A stretch of 64,000 bases of DNA, from assembly GCA_965215015.1 (NCBI GenBank), contig OZ244042.1, positions 4,256,001 through 4,320,000 on the forward strand. Direction: 5' to 3'. Below are positions 10,288 through 20,218 of the stretch, piece after piece (position 1 is the stretch's first letter; each line of letters opens with the position of its first letter). The translations under genes and the position numbers were made by a program. Source of the DNA: Candidatus Poribacteria bacterium (lineage in GTDB: Bacteria; Poribacteria; WGA-4E; PCPOR2b). The notes beneath the pieces are model-generated. The model saw only the letters and a list, made by a program, of their open reading frames with translations, had not been told where the DNA came from and made no database searches.

Positions 10288-10378
10288 GGGGCATGTCAAA
10301 AGAAAGTGCTAAACGCTAGGAGTCCCCGAGTTTTTGCCAAAAACTCGGGGACTGTTGCACTATTTCTGAACATGAGCC
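10288..10378. mobile_element. MITE-like element, family 2 (ends GGCTCATGTCAAAAGAAAGTGC-like), with internal palindrome
   Basis: Imperfect terminal inverted repeats enclose the perfect hairpin AGTCCCCGAGTTTTT-GCC-AAAAACTCGGGGACT (10321-10353). Related copies lie at ~1093-1161, 32402-32578 and 33890-33964. Confidence 0.6.
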
Positions 10379-10397
10379 AATCGAAAAAGTAAAGTTG

Positions 10398-11906
10398 ATG
10401 ATGAAACATCCGGGAGCAATAGTACTCATTTCTTGTTACGAACTAGGGCATCAGCCGATCGGTCTTGCCTCCCCACTTGGGTTTCTTGAGCGCGCTGGAT
10501 ATGCGCCGAATGTGATGGACATTGCTGTTGAAACCCTAGATGTGGAAAAAGCTGCCCGTGCAGAGTTTGTTGGGATTTGCGTGCCGATGCACACCGCCCT
10601 CCGTCTAGGTGTCCATGTTGCAACCCGCCTCCGCAAAATTAACCCTACCTGCCATATCTGCTTCTACGGTCTCTATGCGTCACTGAACGCTGAATACCTG
10701 CTCAAACGTCACGCCGATTCAGTCATCGGGGGTGAATATGAGAAGCCATTGCTCGAATTGGTTGAGTCCTTTGCAAGTGGGAGTCGTATTGAGATACCAG
10801 GTGTCCTCCGAAGTGAGAGTGCCAAATTACTTCAGGATAACCCGCAATCCAGCCCCTTCCTGAGGCCTTCGCACTCTAGGGTAAGTGTGTATAAACCGCG
10901 CAGCAATCCGTCCAGCGAACCCCTCCCTGTACCGAGCCGGAAGCGGCTTCCGTTACTCGATAGATATGCACGCCTCGAACAAAATGGCGTAGCTCACCTG
11001 GCCGGTTATGTAGAGGCAAGCCGCGGATGCAAACACCTCTGTTTCCACTGCCCCATCCCTCCGGTGTATGAGGGCAACTTTTCCGTCGTGCCGCAAGAGG
11101 TTGTACTGGAGGATATTCGGGCTCAAGTTGATGCCGGTGCGGCTCACATCACATTCGGCGATCCTGATTTCCTTAACGGTCCCAAGCACGCGCTTAGGAT
11201 TGTTCAAGCCATGCACGAGGCGTTTCCGAACCTGACCTTTGACTGCACAACTAAAATTGAGCATCTCCTGAAGCACCGTTCTATCCTGCCTGAACTCCGC
11301 GACTGTGGCTGCATTTTTATTGTTTCCGCTGTTGAGTCGCTCAACGACACAGTACTTGAGAACCTCCAGAAAGGACATACACGCGCCGACGTTTTTGCTG
11401 TCATCGATCTTTTGAAAGAGGTTGGGATTGCGCTGCGCCCCTCGCTCGTTCCGTTCACGCCGTGGGAGACTCTCGATAGCTATCTGTATATCCTCAATTC
11501 CGTTGAAAGCAAAGAACTAATTGATTACATCGATCCCGTGCAGTACACGATTCGGTTGCTTATTCCGCCCGGTTCTTCCCTGCTACCCCAACTATCCATT
11601 CAACCCTACCTTGGAGCACTCAATCAGGAATCCTTCACCTACCGTTGGACACACCCCGATTCACGCATGGATGAACTCCACAAAGCAGTCAGTGTCACTG
11701 TAGAGAGCACATCACAGATTGGTGAGGATGCGTTTGTAACCTTTCATCGAGTGCGTAGCCTTGCGTATTCTGCAATCGGTAGAAAGGAATCTCCCATAGC
11801 GTTCCCACTAGATTTTGAATCTGACCGAAAACGACCGCCACGCCTGACTGAAGATTGGTTCTGCTGAGCGGAACCAACGCAGGGTCAGTTGGACTCGCTC
11901 AACTAA
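10398..11906 (+). CDS. B12-binding radical SAM selenoprotein (CUAEP-tail type); UGA 11865-11867 read as Sec
   Basis: CKHLCFHC cluster motif and an N-terminal cobalamin-binding-like domain. WFC-TGA-AEPTQGQLDSLN-TAA matches the CUAEP/CCAEP tail family, and a SECIS-like hairpin follows the UGA. Confidence 0.85.
11866..11900 (+). promoter_or_regulatory. Bacterial SECIS-like stem-loop
   Basis: GAGCG-gaa-CCAAC-gcagggtca-GTTGG-act-CGCTC at and immediately 3' of the in-frame UGA. Confidence 0.7.
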
Positions 11907-11912
11907 TGCGAT

Positions 11913-13202
11913 TTACACCATTAACTTCTCAATCTCATCAATTGTTTTCGGTACGGCCTCCGTTAGAACTTCGCAGCCGGACTCGGTGATTAGAATATTG
12001 TCCTCAATCCGTACTCCAATCCCCAGATACTCTGGTGGGACGTTTTCGCTGTCAGGAGCAATGTAGAGTCCCGGCTCGACAGTCATCACCATTCCCGGTT
12101 GGAAGGTTTTGTACTCCTCCCTTTCCCGTGTCTTCGCCACATCGTGAACCTCTACCCCTAGCATGTGCCCGACACTGTGCATGTAAAACCTTCGATGTTC
12201 CTGTTCCTCAATCAGCTCTTCCTTCTCTCCGACCAATAGCCCCAGTTTTAGCATCGCTTCAGTCAACATCTCCACTGCATTCTGAACGGGATCCCCAATC
12301 GAAACGCCGGGACCAATGCTTTCGATAATTTCACACTGGACATTGAGGACTGATTGGTAGACGGCACATTGCGCCTCCGTAAACTTCCCATTCGCAGGGA
12401 ATGTTCGGGTTATGTCACCACAATAGTATTGGTATTCACATCCCGCATCAATGAGTACCAAATCCCCATCTCCGATTTGGCAGTCGTTCGCCGTATAGTG
12501 CAGCGTCGTTGCATTTGCGCCCTTTGCTACAATCGTGAGGAATGCGGGACCTGTGCCGCCGTTTTTCCGATAAATTGAGTCTATTAGACTTTCCAATTCA
12601 TATTCGTACATGCCGGGGCGAACCGTCTGCATCGCTGCTGTATGTGCTTCAACACTGATGTCTACCGCTTTGCGAATCCGCCCGAGTTCCGTTTCATCTT
12701 TGAAGAGACGCATCTCGGCAAGGATGTGGGTGGGGTCAATTAAGACGGCCGGTCCCGTTCCTTCGCGCAAACGATGGCGTCTATATCCCTTGAGGAGTTC
12801 AATAATTTTTTGATTAAAGGCTTCGTCCGCGCCGAATCCGTAGTAGAGCCGCTCCGCTTTCCCAATATATTCAGAGATCTTTTCGTCAAACTCCTCAATG
12901 GGATAGGCTTCATCGGCACCGAAGCGTTCTTTTGCGCCCTCGACGCCGGCGCGCTTGCCTGTCCATACCTCCTGTTCAGGGGCGCGGGGACGCACGAATA
13001 AAACATACTGGTGCTCAGGGTGATCAGGGGCGATTACGCAAACCGACTCCGGCTCCTCGAAGCCGGTTAAATAGTAGAAATTAGCGTCCTGACGGTATCT
13101 ATATTCGGTCGAGTGTGTACGCATCGCCGGCAACGCGCTTGGAAAGATTGCAACACCTCCCACTATTTTTTCCATAAATGTTTTGCGTCTGTTTTCGTGC
13201 AT
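11913..13202 (-). CDS. pepP: Xaa-Pro aminopeptidase
   Basis: YRQDANFYYLTGF, DAGCE..GDITRTFP, HSVGHMLG, TVEPGLY and GVRIED motifs. Confidence 0.93.
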   Translation of the reverse strand: MHENRRKTFMEKIVGGVAIFPSALPAMRTHSTEYRYRQDANFYYLTGFEEPESVCVIAPDHPEHQYVLFVRPRAPEQEVWTGKRAGVEGAKERFGADEAYPIEEFDEKISEYIGKAERLYYGFGADEAFNQKIIELLKGYRRHRLREGTGPAVLIDPTHILAEMRLFKDETELGRIRKAVDISVEAHTAAMQTVRPGMYEYELESLIDSIYRKNGGTGPAFLTIVAKGANATTLHYTANDCQIGDGDLVLIDAGCEYQYYCGDITRTFPANGKFTEAQCAVYQSVLNVQCEIIESIGPGVSIGDPVQNAVEMLTEAMLKLGLLVGEKEELIEEQEHRRFYMHSVGHMLGVEVHDVAKTREREEYKTFQPGMVMTVEPGLYIAPDSENVPPEYLGIGVRIEDNILITESGCEVLTEAVPKTIDEIEKLMV

Positions 13203-13493
13203 ACTTGCTTTCTCCTTCTATCGATAACTATGATTAAGATTGATTGACATTATAGCACAACCCTCCAAGGGGTCGAATGAAAAAGAAAATGCAAAGATAG
13301 AAAACGGGAAAACAAGGGAAGAATCTTATCTCGTTTCCTTTTCTGTTTACTTCAGTGTCTTTTAACCCGAGTTACCATTTATTCAAAATCCATCAATTTT
13401 CCATTCAACCTGAAGAGTGCTGCTTTTCGCCCCAGAGGAAGGCAATGTGTATAGTGCGAACCGTTTTTATTTGGCCTATACTACATCTTTGCG

Positions 13494-13522
13494 TTGAAGG
13501 TTTTCGCTAGATTTGCTATAAT
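13494..13522 (+). promoter_or_regulatory. Sigma70-type promoter
   Basis: TTGAAG-17-TATAAT with an extended -10 TG, 27 nt upstream of the start codon. Confidence 0.55.
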
Positions 13523-13549
13523 GACCAAAAAAGGAGCGAAGGCTGGAGC

Positions 13550-14113
13550 ATGAAAATCTATACCAAAACTGGAGACACCGGTGAGACGAGACTTTACGGC
13601 GGGATAAGAGTTCCTAAAGACGCGATGCGCGTTGAGGCTTTCGGAACGGTTGATGAACTCAACGCCTGCATCGGGTTCGTGAGATCACAAATTCAGGACG
13701 AGGAACTCAACGCTATTCTTCATCGTACCCAAAACGAACTCTTTGATATCGGGGCAGATCTCGCAACGCTGGACGCACATCCGAAAACGGCGAGTCTCAG
13801 AATCCCACCAACCCTGAGGACAGAATTAGAAAGAGAGATTGACAGGTTGGAAGACCAACTCCCACCGTTGAAAAATTTTATTCTACCCGGTGGTTCGACC
13901 GGGGGTGCAGCAGTTCACCTTGCCCGAACCGTTTGCCGTCGTGCCGAGCGGTGTGTTGTCAGTCTCGCTAAGGCAGAAGTGGTGAATCCAGAGGTGCTTA
14001 TTTACCTGAACCGGCTATCCGATCTGCTATTCATGCTTGCCCGATTAGTCAATCACCGGTCCGGTGTACCGGAGCCGCTTTGGGAGTCACAAACGGGACG
14101 CACAAAATCTTAA
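13550..14113 (+). CDS. ATP:cob(I)alamin adenosyltransferase (PduO type)
   Basis: KIYTKTGDTGET, GTVDELNA, FILPGG, RTVCRRAER and YLNRLSDLLF motifs. Confidence 0.95.
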   Translation: MKIYTKTGDTGETRLYGGIRVPKDAMRVEAFGTVDELNACIGFVRSQIQDEELNAILHRTQNELFDIGADLATLDAHPKTASLRIPPTLRTELEREIDRLEDQLPPLKNFILPGGSTGGAAVHLARTVCRRAERCVVSLAKAEVVNPEVLIYLNRLSDLLFMLARLVNHRSGVPEPLWESQTGRTKS

Positions 14114-14302
14114 TAACCTTTGACGGAAGTTGGCGAGGAGATCGTTTCCACATCGTTTAGGAGCTCATTGGTTCAGGAGGGCATGTATGAACTAATGGAA
14201 CTAATGAACCAGTAGTTTTCACATTTCACTCACGGTTTGGATATTCTTAACCGATTAATCTTCAACTCCAAACTAAACTCATAACCTGATTAAGGAGCAA
14301 AC

Positions 14303-15439
14303 ATGAATAACTCCAAAATAGATCGTATTGAATGCGTACCGCTTATTGGCACACGTCCCCGAGAAGCGGGGTGTAATTCACGCTTGCAGGTACACGGACT
14401 GCATGTCAGACCTCCCATTGCGCGTATCACTACCAATGACGGTGCGACCGGTTTCGGTCTATCGCGTACGTCTGAGGAGGATGCCGCAGCACTCGTTGGT
14501 GCTCCTTTGAGCGAGGCGTTCGATCTGGAAAATGGTGTCAGTGAACGCTTCCGCGCGCTCGAATACCCACTATGGGATCTCGCTGGAAAACTTGCAGGCA
14601 AGCCGGTGTATGAAATACTCGGTGGGGAACCCGATGCGGATGGCGTTTTCCGCGCACGCTGTTACGATACGTCGCTATACATTGACGACCTGCATCTAGC
14701 AGATGACAACGAAGCCGCTACACTCATTGCCTCCGAAGCGTTAGAAGGAAAAGCGCGGGGACACAAAGCATACAAAATTAAGGTCGGGCGTGGTGCGATG
14801 CACATGCCGCTCCAGCAGGGAACACATCGCGACATCTTGGTGATTCGCGCTGTCCGGAATGCTGTCGGCCCCGATGCCACAATCCTGATTGATGCCAATA
14901 ACGGCTACAATCTGAACCTGACCAAGCAGGTGTTGGGTGAAACCGCTGAGGCAAAGGTGTATTGGATGGAGGAGGCTTTCCACGAGGATGGCAGCTTCTA
15001 CGCCAATCTGAAGGAGTGGCTCAATTCGGAGGGTATAGGGACGAAGATCGCTGATGGAGAGGGCGGTGCTTCGCTCAACCTGCTCCAGTGGGCGGAGGAG
15101 GGGTTAGTCGATATTATCCAGTACGACATCTTCCATCCCGGTTTCTCCCGTTGGCTGGAGCTGGGACCTCAACTCGACGAATGGAACGTCGGCTCCGCAC
15201 CCCATCATTACGGCGGGCATTACGGCAACTATGTGTCGTGCCACCTTTCTGCGGCAATCCAAGGGTTTGAGTTTGTCGAATGGGACGAAGCCGACACCCC
15301 CGGCTTGGACGGCTCCGGGTATTCAATCTCTGATGGTCTAGTCAACGTCCCCAAATCGCCCGGTTTCGGTCTCAATCTGGACGAGGAAATCTATGCCCGC
15401 GCCGTCAAAGAGAATGGGTTTGATGTTCGGGCGGCGTGA
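14303..15439 (+). CDS. Enolase-superfamily enzyme (mandelate racemase-like)
   Basis: LWDLAGK, KIKVG, IDANNG, WMEE and IADGE motifs. Confidence 0.88.
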   Translation: MNNSKIDRIECVPLIGTRPREAGCNSRLQVHGLHVRPPIARITTNDGATGFGLSRTSEEDAAALVGAPLSEAFDLENGVSERFRALEYPLWDLAGKLAGKPVYEILGGEPDADGVFRARCYDTSLYIDDLHLADDNEAATLIASEALEGKARGHKAYKIKVGRGAMHMPLQQGTHRDILVIRAVRNAVGPDATILIDANNGYNLNLTKQVLGETAEAKVYWMEEAFHEDGSFYANLKEWLNSEGIGTKIADGEGGASLNLLQWAEEGLVDIIQYDIFHPGFSRWLELGPQLDEWNVGSAPHHYGGHYGNYVSCHLSAAIQGFEFVEWDEADTPGLDGSGYSISDGLVNVPKSPGFGLNLDEEIYARAVKENGFDVRAA

Positions 15440-15589
15440 TGTGTCATGTGAAAAAAGCAATGAGCGGCATTTCTAGTAGGGAACGCCAATTTGCATTCCC
15501 TACTAGTCTGCCGGCAGGTAGATAGAAGATTCAAAAATGTCACAACACTACTTAGTCTCCAAGGAAATTACCGTTGTGTAGGACAAAAC

Positions 15590-16315
15590 ATGAACACACC
15601 AGACCAATCCGAGTCCAAAAACGATTTAAATGCGGTTTTTGAAAAGATTCAAGAGATAGCAGCAAAATCAGACGATGGTGATTATATCTACCGCGGCGAA
15701 CCTAAACACTATCCAAAAGTCTCCTCAAGCCTTTGGCGTGAATGCAGGAAAACATTAAGTACGGAACAATTTAATATACAGGCTATCCAAGATCAAATGT
15801 TGGAGATGGTTAAAGGCTACACCCGCTATACCCCCGAAACAGACGCCTTTGAAATCTTAACCGAACTCCAACACTACGGCGGTCAAACCAACTTGATCGA
15901 CTTTACGACCGATTCTTTGATAGCCCTCTTCTTCGCCTGCGATGGCTCTCCTAAGACCCGCGGTAGGGTCATCTTGTTTCAAAAAACTGAAGAGAAAACC
16001 CAAAAATACGGAGTCAAGGAACCTCGGAATCCACAAACCCGTGTCATGGCACAGAAAAGTATATTCGTTCAACCACCCAAGGGCTTTATTGAACCTAAAC
16101 AATACAAAACAATCACGATCGCAAAAAGCTTTAAACAACCTATGCTAGACTATCTGCGCAAGCACCACGGCATATCTACTAGAACTATCTACAACGACCT
16201 TCATGGATTTATCAGAAATCAGAGCCTCCATCAGGAGACATATATAGCATTTTATAAAGGGGCGATGCAGCCGCGCGAGGCCGATTTAGGTTTTGATCAG
16301 ATGGATTCCCATTAA
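15590..16315 (+). CDS. FRG-domain protein
   Basis: YIYRGE, LQHYGGQTNLIDFT, ALFFAC and RVMAQKSIF motifs. Confidence 0.88.
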   Translation: MNTPDQSESKNDLNAVFEKIQEIAAKSDDGDYIYRGEPKHYPKVSSSLWRECRKTLSTEQFNIQAIQDQMLEMVKGYTRYTPETDAFEILTELQHYGGQTNLIDFTTDSLIALFFACDGSPKTRGRVILFQKTEEKTQKYGVKEPRNPQTRVMAQKSIFVQPPKGFIEPKQYKTITIAKSFKQPMLDYLRKHHGISTRTIYNDLHGFIRNQSLHQETYIAFYKGAMQPREADLGFDQMDSH

Positions 16316-16334
16316 CACAACGGAGGATTAAAGA

Positions 16335-17228
16335 ATGGGGACACAACCAACCCAGACGCATTATGATGAGGCAATCAAGCACTATACCCAAGCAATTGAA
16401 TTGAAGCCTGATTTTGCAATAGCCTATAACAATCGCGGTATAACTTATTGTGATAAAGGTAAGATTGACTGTGCCATCGCAGATTTTAACAAAGCAATTC
16501 AACTGCAACCGGATTATGCCAGAGCCTATAACAATCGCGGACTTGCTTACCACCATAAAGGAAATTACGATCGGGCAATTGAGGACTTAAACACTGCGAT
16601 AAAATTGGACCCCCAGCTTGCTGAAGCTTATAATAGTCGTGGGCTTGCCTACCGCAACAAAGGCGAGTTGGAGCGCGCCATTCAAGATTATAACAGAGCC
16701 ATAGAACTAAAACCCGATTTTGTCGAGCCCTATAACAATCGTGGGGTAGCTTACGGTAGTAAAGACAATTATGACCAAGCGATTGCAGACTTAAATACTG
16801 CGATAGAACTGAATCCCCAACTTGCTATACCGTATAGCAATCGTGGTCTATTTTACGGTCAAAAGGATGATTATGACCGCGCTTTTGAAGACTTTGATAC
16901 AGCGATGGAGCTGAAACCCAATTATGCCGGCACCTATATCAATCGTGGGTTGACATACTACAAAAAAGGTGAGATTAACTGCGCTATCAAAAACTATACC
17001 CGAGCGATAGAACTGAATTCTCAACTTTCCGTGTCCTATAGCAATCGTGGTGAGGCATGGTTACGTCTGGAAAAATGGGATAAAGCCAGAAAAGATTTGA
17101 CGACCGCCAAGGACATGGGAGAGGATATTATTGCGGCATTTTGTGATAGTCACGAAAGTGTTGCGAACTTTGAGCGAAAATATAAGGTTAAGCTACCGGA
17201 CGACATCGCCGATATGCTGAGGCCCTAA
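16335..17228 (+). CDS. Tetratricopeptide-repeat protein
   Basis: About 7 tandem 34-aa repeats (AYNNRG..Y...G.YD.AI.D...AI.L.P); GGAGG RBS. Confidence 0.92.
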   Translation: MGTQPTQTHYDEAIKHYTQAIELKPDFAIAYNNRGITYCDKGKIDCAIADFNKAIQLQPDYARAYNNRGLAYHHKGNYDRAIEDLNTAIKLDPQLAEAYNSRGLAYRNKGELERAIQDYNRAIELKPDFVEPYNNRGVAYGSKDNYDQAIADLNTAIELNPQLAIPYSNRGLFYGQKDDYDRAFEDFDTAMELKPNYAGTYINRGLTYYKKGEINCAIKNYTRAIELNSQLSVSYSNRGEAWLRLEKWDKARKDLTTAKDMGEDIIAAFCDSHESVANFERKYKVKLPDDIADMLRP

Positions 17229-17414
17229 AGGCTGCTCGTAAACCACTGCAACATGCCCGGAAAGGATTTTGTGATAAAAGGAAAGATTGCCGAAACTCAC
17301 CATAATCGGAAGCAGGGATTCACTATGAAACGCTTCAGCGTTGCCTTTGTGGTTATCCTATCTTCAGAGTTTCAACTCATACCCACTCACTCTATCTACC
17401 CCTACCAAAAAAAC

Positions 17415-17443
17415 TTGCAACAACAAATCGGATCAGGTATAAT
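17415..17443 (+). promoter_or_regulatory. Sigma70-type promoter for the 17510-20103 operon
   Basis: TTGCAA-17-TATAAT. Confidence 0.55.
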
Positions 17444-17509
17444 CAGATGCTAAGGACACAGGCAGCACAAAATCCTTAAATAGGTTATACCTGAAAAGGA
17501 GCCGTCCGC

Positions 17510-17953
17510 ATGTATTCAGGCCAAAATAGCAAACTTGGGTTGCGAATCCTAATCTGCTGTATAGTGACCCTAATGGCAACCGTTTCTCCCGCGCGAGCCG
17601 TCGATCGGTCGCGTGTGCTGACGCTTGGGTTGTTCGCGTCTGGCGTTGCCCTGAAATTCGGAAGTGCCTTCGTTGCCACTTCGGCACAGGACACCTACGA
17701 CCAATACCTATCCAGCGGCATCCAAGCGGACATCACAAAGCATCGAGAGGACTACAGGAGCAAGCGCGACCTAAGCGTTGGGATGTCCCGAACAGGCATT
17801 GGATTTGTTGGGCTTGCAGTACTAATCTCGGTTTTTGACCAATTGGATGTTATCTCCGAATCATCTGCCTCCCGTTCAGTCCGGTTAAGCCTTAAGCCAA
17901 GTTACAATCCACGGACAGGCGAAGCTGCCCTCACCCTTCAACGGAAATTCTGA
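17510..17953 (+). CDS. Exported/membrane hypothetical protein
   Basis: Signal-like N-terminus, two hydrophobic segments, C-terminal beta-like tail ending in F. Confidence 0.7.
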   Translation: MYSGQNSKLGLRILICCIVTLMATVSPARAVDRSRVLTLGLFASGVALKFGSAFVATSAQDTYDQYLSSGIQADITKHREDYRSKRDLSVGMSRTGIGFVGLAVLISVFDQLDVISESSASRSVRLSLKPSYNPRTGEAALTLQRKF

Positions 17954-17957
17954 AGCC

Positions 17958-19085
17958 ATGATACCATCTCCGTTTCGATCGCTAGCTATTTTTATACTCC
18001 TCATTGCAGCGGGGTTCTCCACAGGCTGTACCAATAATGAGGATTTCTCCAACCCGCTCGACCCCCAAAACCTGCGTACCGCCGGCTCACCGGTCGGCCT
18101 AGAGCTCCTCCCGGGCGATGAGCAGGTGATTGTTTCGTGGGAAGACAGTGGCCACGAAGGAATTATTGGGTATCGAATTTATCGGCGATTCACCGGCGAT
18201 GCGGATTCCACGTTTGAGTTTGTTGGGGAGGTACTTGGGGAAAGTGGTGAGCCTCCAGCGACAGAGTTTGTTGATACGCAGGACCTTAAAAACGACCAAT
18301 TTGATGAATTCAGCGGGGCGCGTCACCGTTATATCTATCGAATTTCCTATATTGATGCAAACGGAGTGGAAGTCCCCGATCCGAATGCGCCCCCGACTGA
18401 GGACGAAGAACCACGCCGAATGTGGCAAACAGCCAGTGCAACACCGAGCGTTGCCCCACCTATCCCTAATGTCATTGTTGGCGATGATCTGGATGACCTG
18501 ACGGTTAAACTTTTCTGGCAGGACTATCAGGTACCCAACGACTTTGAGACCTTTCGTGTGATCGTGTCCCAACAAAGTTTGAGCGGTGAATTCTTACCAT
18601 TTCGCCTCCGTGCCGAGCTCCCGAAAGAGCAGCCGTACTTTTTTGATAAGGAATTTGATCGGGATAACCTCACCAAAATTTACCGTGTCATTGCTGTTGA
18701 CCGGTTTGGCGTTGAAGGGGTAAAAGTGATTCAAGCTGCTTCTCCTAACCTACCACCGGCACCGCCGCAAAATGTTCGATTAGCTTTTAACCTTCGAGGG
18801 ACTCGGTATGATGCACACATCTCTTGGTCAAAGAACAGAGAACCGGACGTTGCCGGTTATCTAATCTACGCCACGAAAGAAGCTGGAGGCAATCTTGTTG
18901 TCGGGAAAGATTTGATTCCCCGACGGAGAACGGATGCGAAAGATACGAGAATAACATTGACCGGTGAAGAGTTTATTTTAGACAAGCAAGACCTTGTTCC
19001 CCGGCGATACTTTATCACAGCGTTTGATAATACGCCTCAACGCGATGGCACTCGGGACGAAAGCGGGATGGTTGAGGCACGGTAA
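17958..19085 (+). CDS. Lipoprotein with fibronectin type III-like repeats
   Basis: Lipobox FSTGC and NPLDP; repeated V.VSW/GYRIYR, YRVIAVD and PPAPPQNV...W..N.E.DVAGY patterns. Confidence 0.75.
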   Translation: MIPSPFRSLAIFILLIAAGFSTGCTNNEDFSNPLDPQNLRTAGSPVGLELLPGDEQVIVSWEDSGHEGIIGYRIYRRFTGDADSTFEFVGEVLGESGEPPATEFVDTQDLKNDQFDEFSGARHRYIYRISYIDANGVEVPDPNAPPTEDEEPRRMWQTASATPSVAPPIPNVIVGDDLDDLTVKLFWQDYQVPNDFETFRVIVSQQSLSGEFLPFRLRAELPKEQPYFFDKEFDRDNLTKIYRVIAVDRFGVEGVKVIQAASPNLPPAPPQNVRLAFNLRGTRYDAHISWSKNREPDVAGYLIYATKEAGGNLVVGKDLIPRRRTDAKDTRITLTGEEFILDKQDLVPRRYFITAFDNTPQRDGTRDESGMVEAR

Positions 19086-19107
19086 ATACAGATTTACAAG
19101 GATAGAT

Positions 19108-20103
19108 ATGCACCTTTTTCAAATAACACAACAGCGAATTTTATTGGTTCTCTTCGTTTTTTTACTAGGCACCGGAACACCTCTCTTTGCACAAAGCCCC
19201 CCGGCGACACAGCTCGGTGTGATGCAAACCGCTGATACCTTGGGTAAAGGTGGCTATGTAACATCTTGGGGGATGTTTCAAATCGATAGAAAAAAAATTG
19301 ACACAGCCCCCAAACAACCACAACGCGTGATTATTGGCAATTTTGAGGGATTACATAATGTCGAATTTGATGTTAACACCTTCTTGATACCTGCTCAATT
19401 GATCTACGGCATTGGCGAACGATTGGATCTCCTCCTAGGAGCGACCTTCTCGACCGGCGGCACACACAAGATTGTTCCCGATTTTTATCGGATTGGTGAT
19501 ACCTATGACGCAGAGCAATCACTTGACCCAACGCGAGATCGACGGGTGTATAATCAATCCATCTTTGACCTTGTTGTCGGATTGAAATACAATATCAAGC
19601 CAGACCTACAGGACGGTTTGCCCAGTATATCAATTGGCGGCGACGCACAAGTCGGATTTACCGCCGACGATCAGCTTAACTCCGACAAAGAGTTTCTGGA
19701 CCCTTCACCGGCGGATAGCTTTCCATTTACGGGCATTAACACCTATCTGGTGGGGACACAGAGGTTTGGTCAGTTTATGCGGATGCATGCAGGTGTCGGA
19801 AGTTATCTCTCGTCCAAATCCCTCAAAACATCGGATTCATTTCTGTTGTTCTGGCAGCTTGGGACTGAATTTGCATTCTCTGATAACTTTTGGCTTGTAG
19901 GTGACTTCTCACGAAAGCGTGCCTTCAGCGGCATCACCATCAACGACCTAATCAGCATCGGTTTTCGATACAAACTTTCTGATACAGCAGCGTTTAATAT
20001 CGGCTATGTTACCGAGCCGGGCTTTCAATTTTATCTCACGGTTGGTGGCGGTAAGGGAAGTGCTGTTGTACCAGAAGGCGGCGGAGATGATTTATTGTTT
20101 TAG
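19108..20103 (+). CDS. Putative outer-membrane beta-barrel protein
   Basis: Signal peptide, TADTL motif, alternating amphipathic strands, C-terminal F. Confidence 0.65.
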   Translation: MHLFQITQQRILLVLFVFLLGTGTPLFAQSPPATQLGVMQTADTLGKGGYVTSWGMFQIDRKKIDTAPKQPQRVIIGNFEGLHNVEFDVNTFLIPAQLIYGIGERLDLLLGATFSTGGTHKIVPDFYRIGDTYDAEQSLDPTRDRRVYNQSIFDLVVGLKYNIKPDLQDGLPSISIGGDAQVGFTADDQLNSDKEFLDPSPADSFPFTGINTYLVGTQRFGQFMRMHAGVGSYLSSKSLKTSDSFLLFWQLGTEFAFSDNFWLVGDFSRKRAFSGITINDLISIGFRYKLSDTAAFNIGYVTEPGFQFYLTVGGGKGSAVVPEGGGDDLLF

Positions 20104-20218
20104 CCAGAATGAGGAAATCACAGAGACTATTTAACTCATGCCGTGGAGGGACTGTATCCCCCCACTTAAGTTCCGGTGGGCTGAATAAGCTCGTGCTAAC
20201 GGTTCAAAGGAGAGGACA

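Noticed and set aside
13550-14113. PduO as part of the radical SAM module
   Set aside because: Separated by pepP and has its own promoter; B12-radical SAM enzymes do not generally need adenosylcobalamin.
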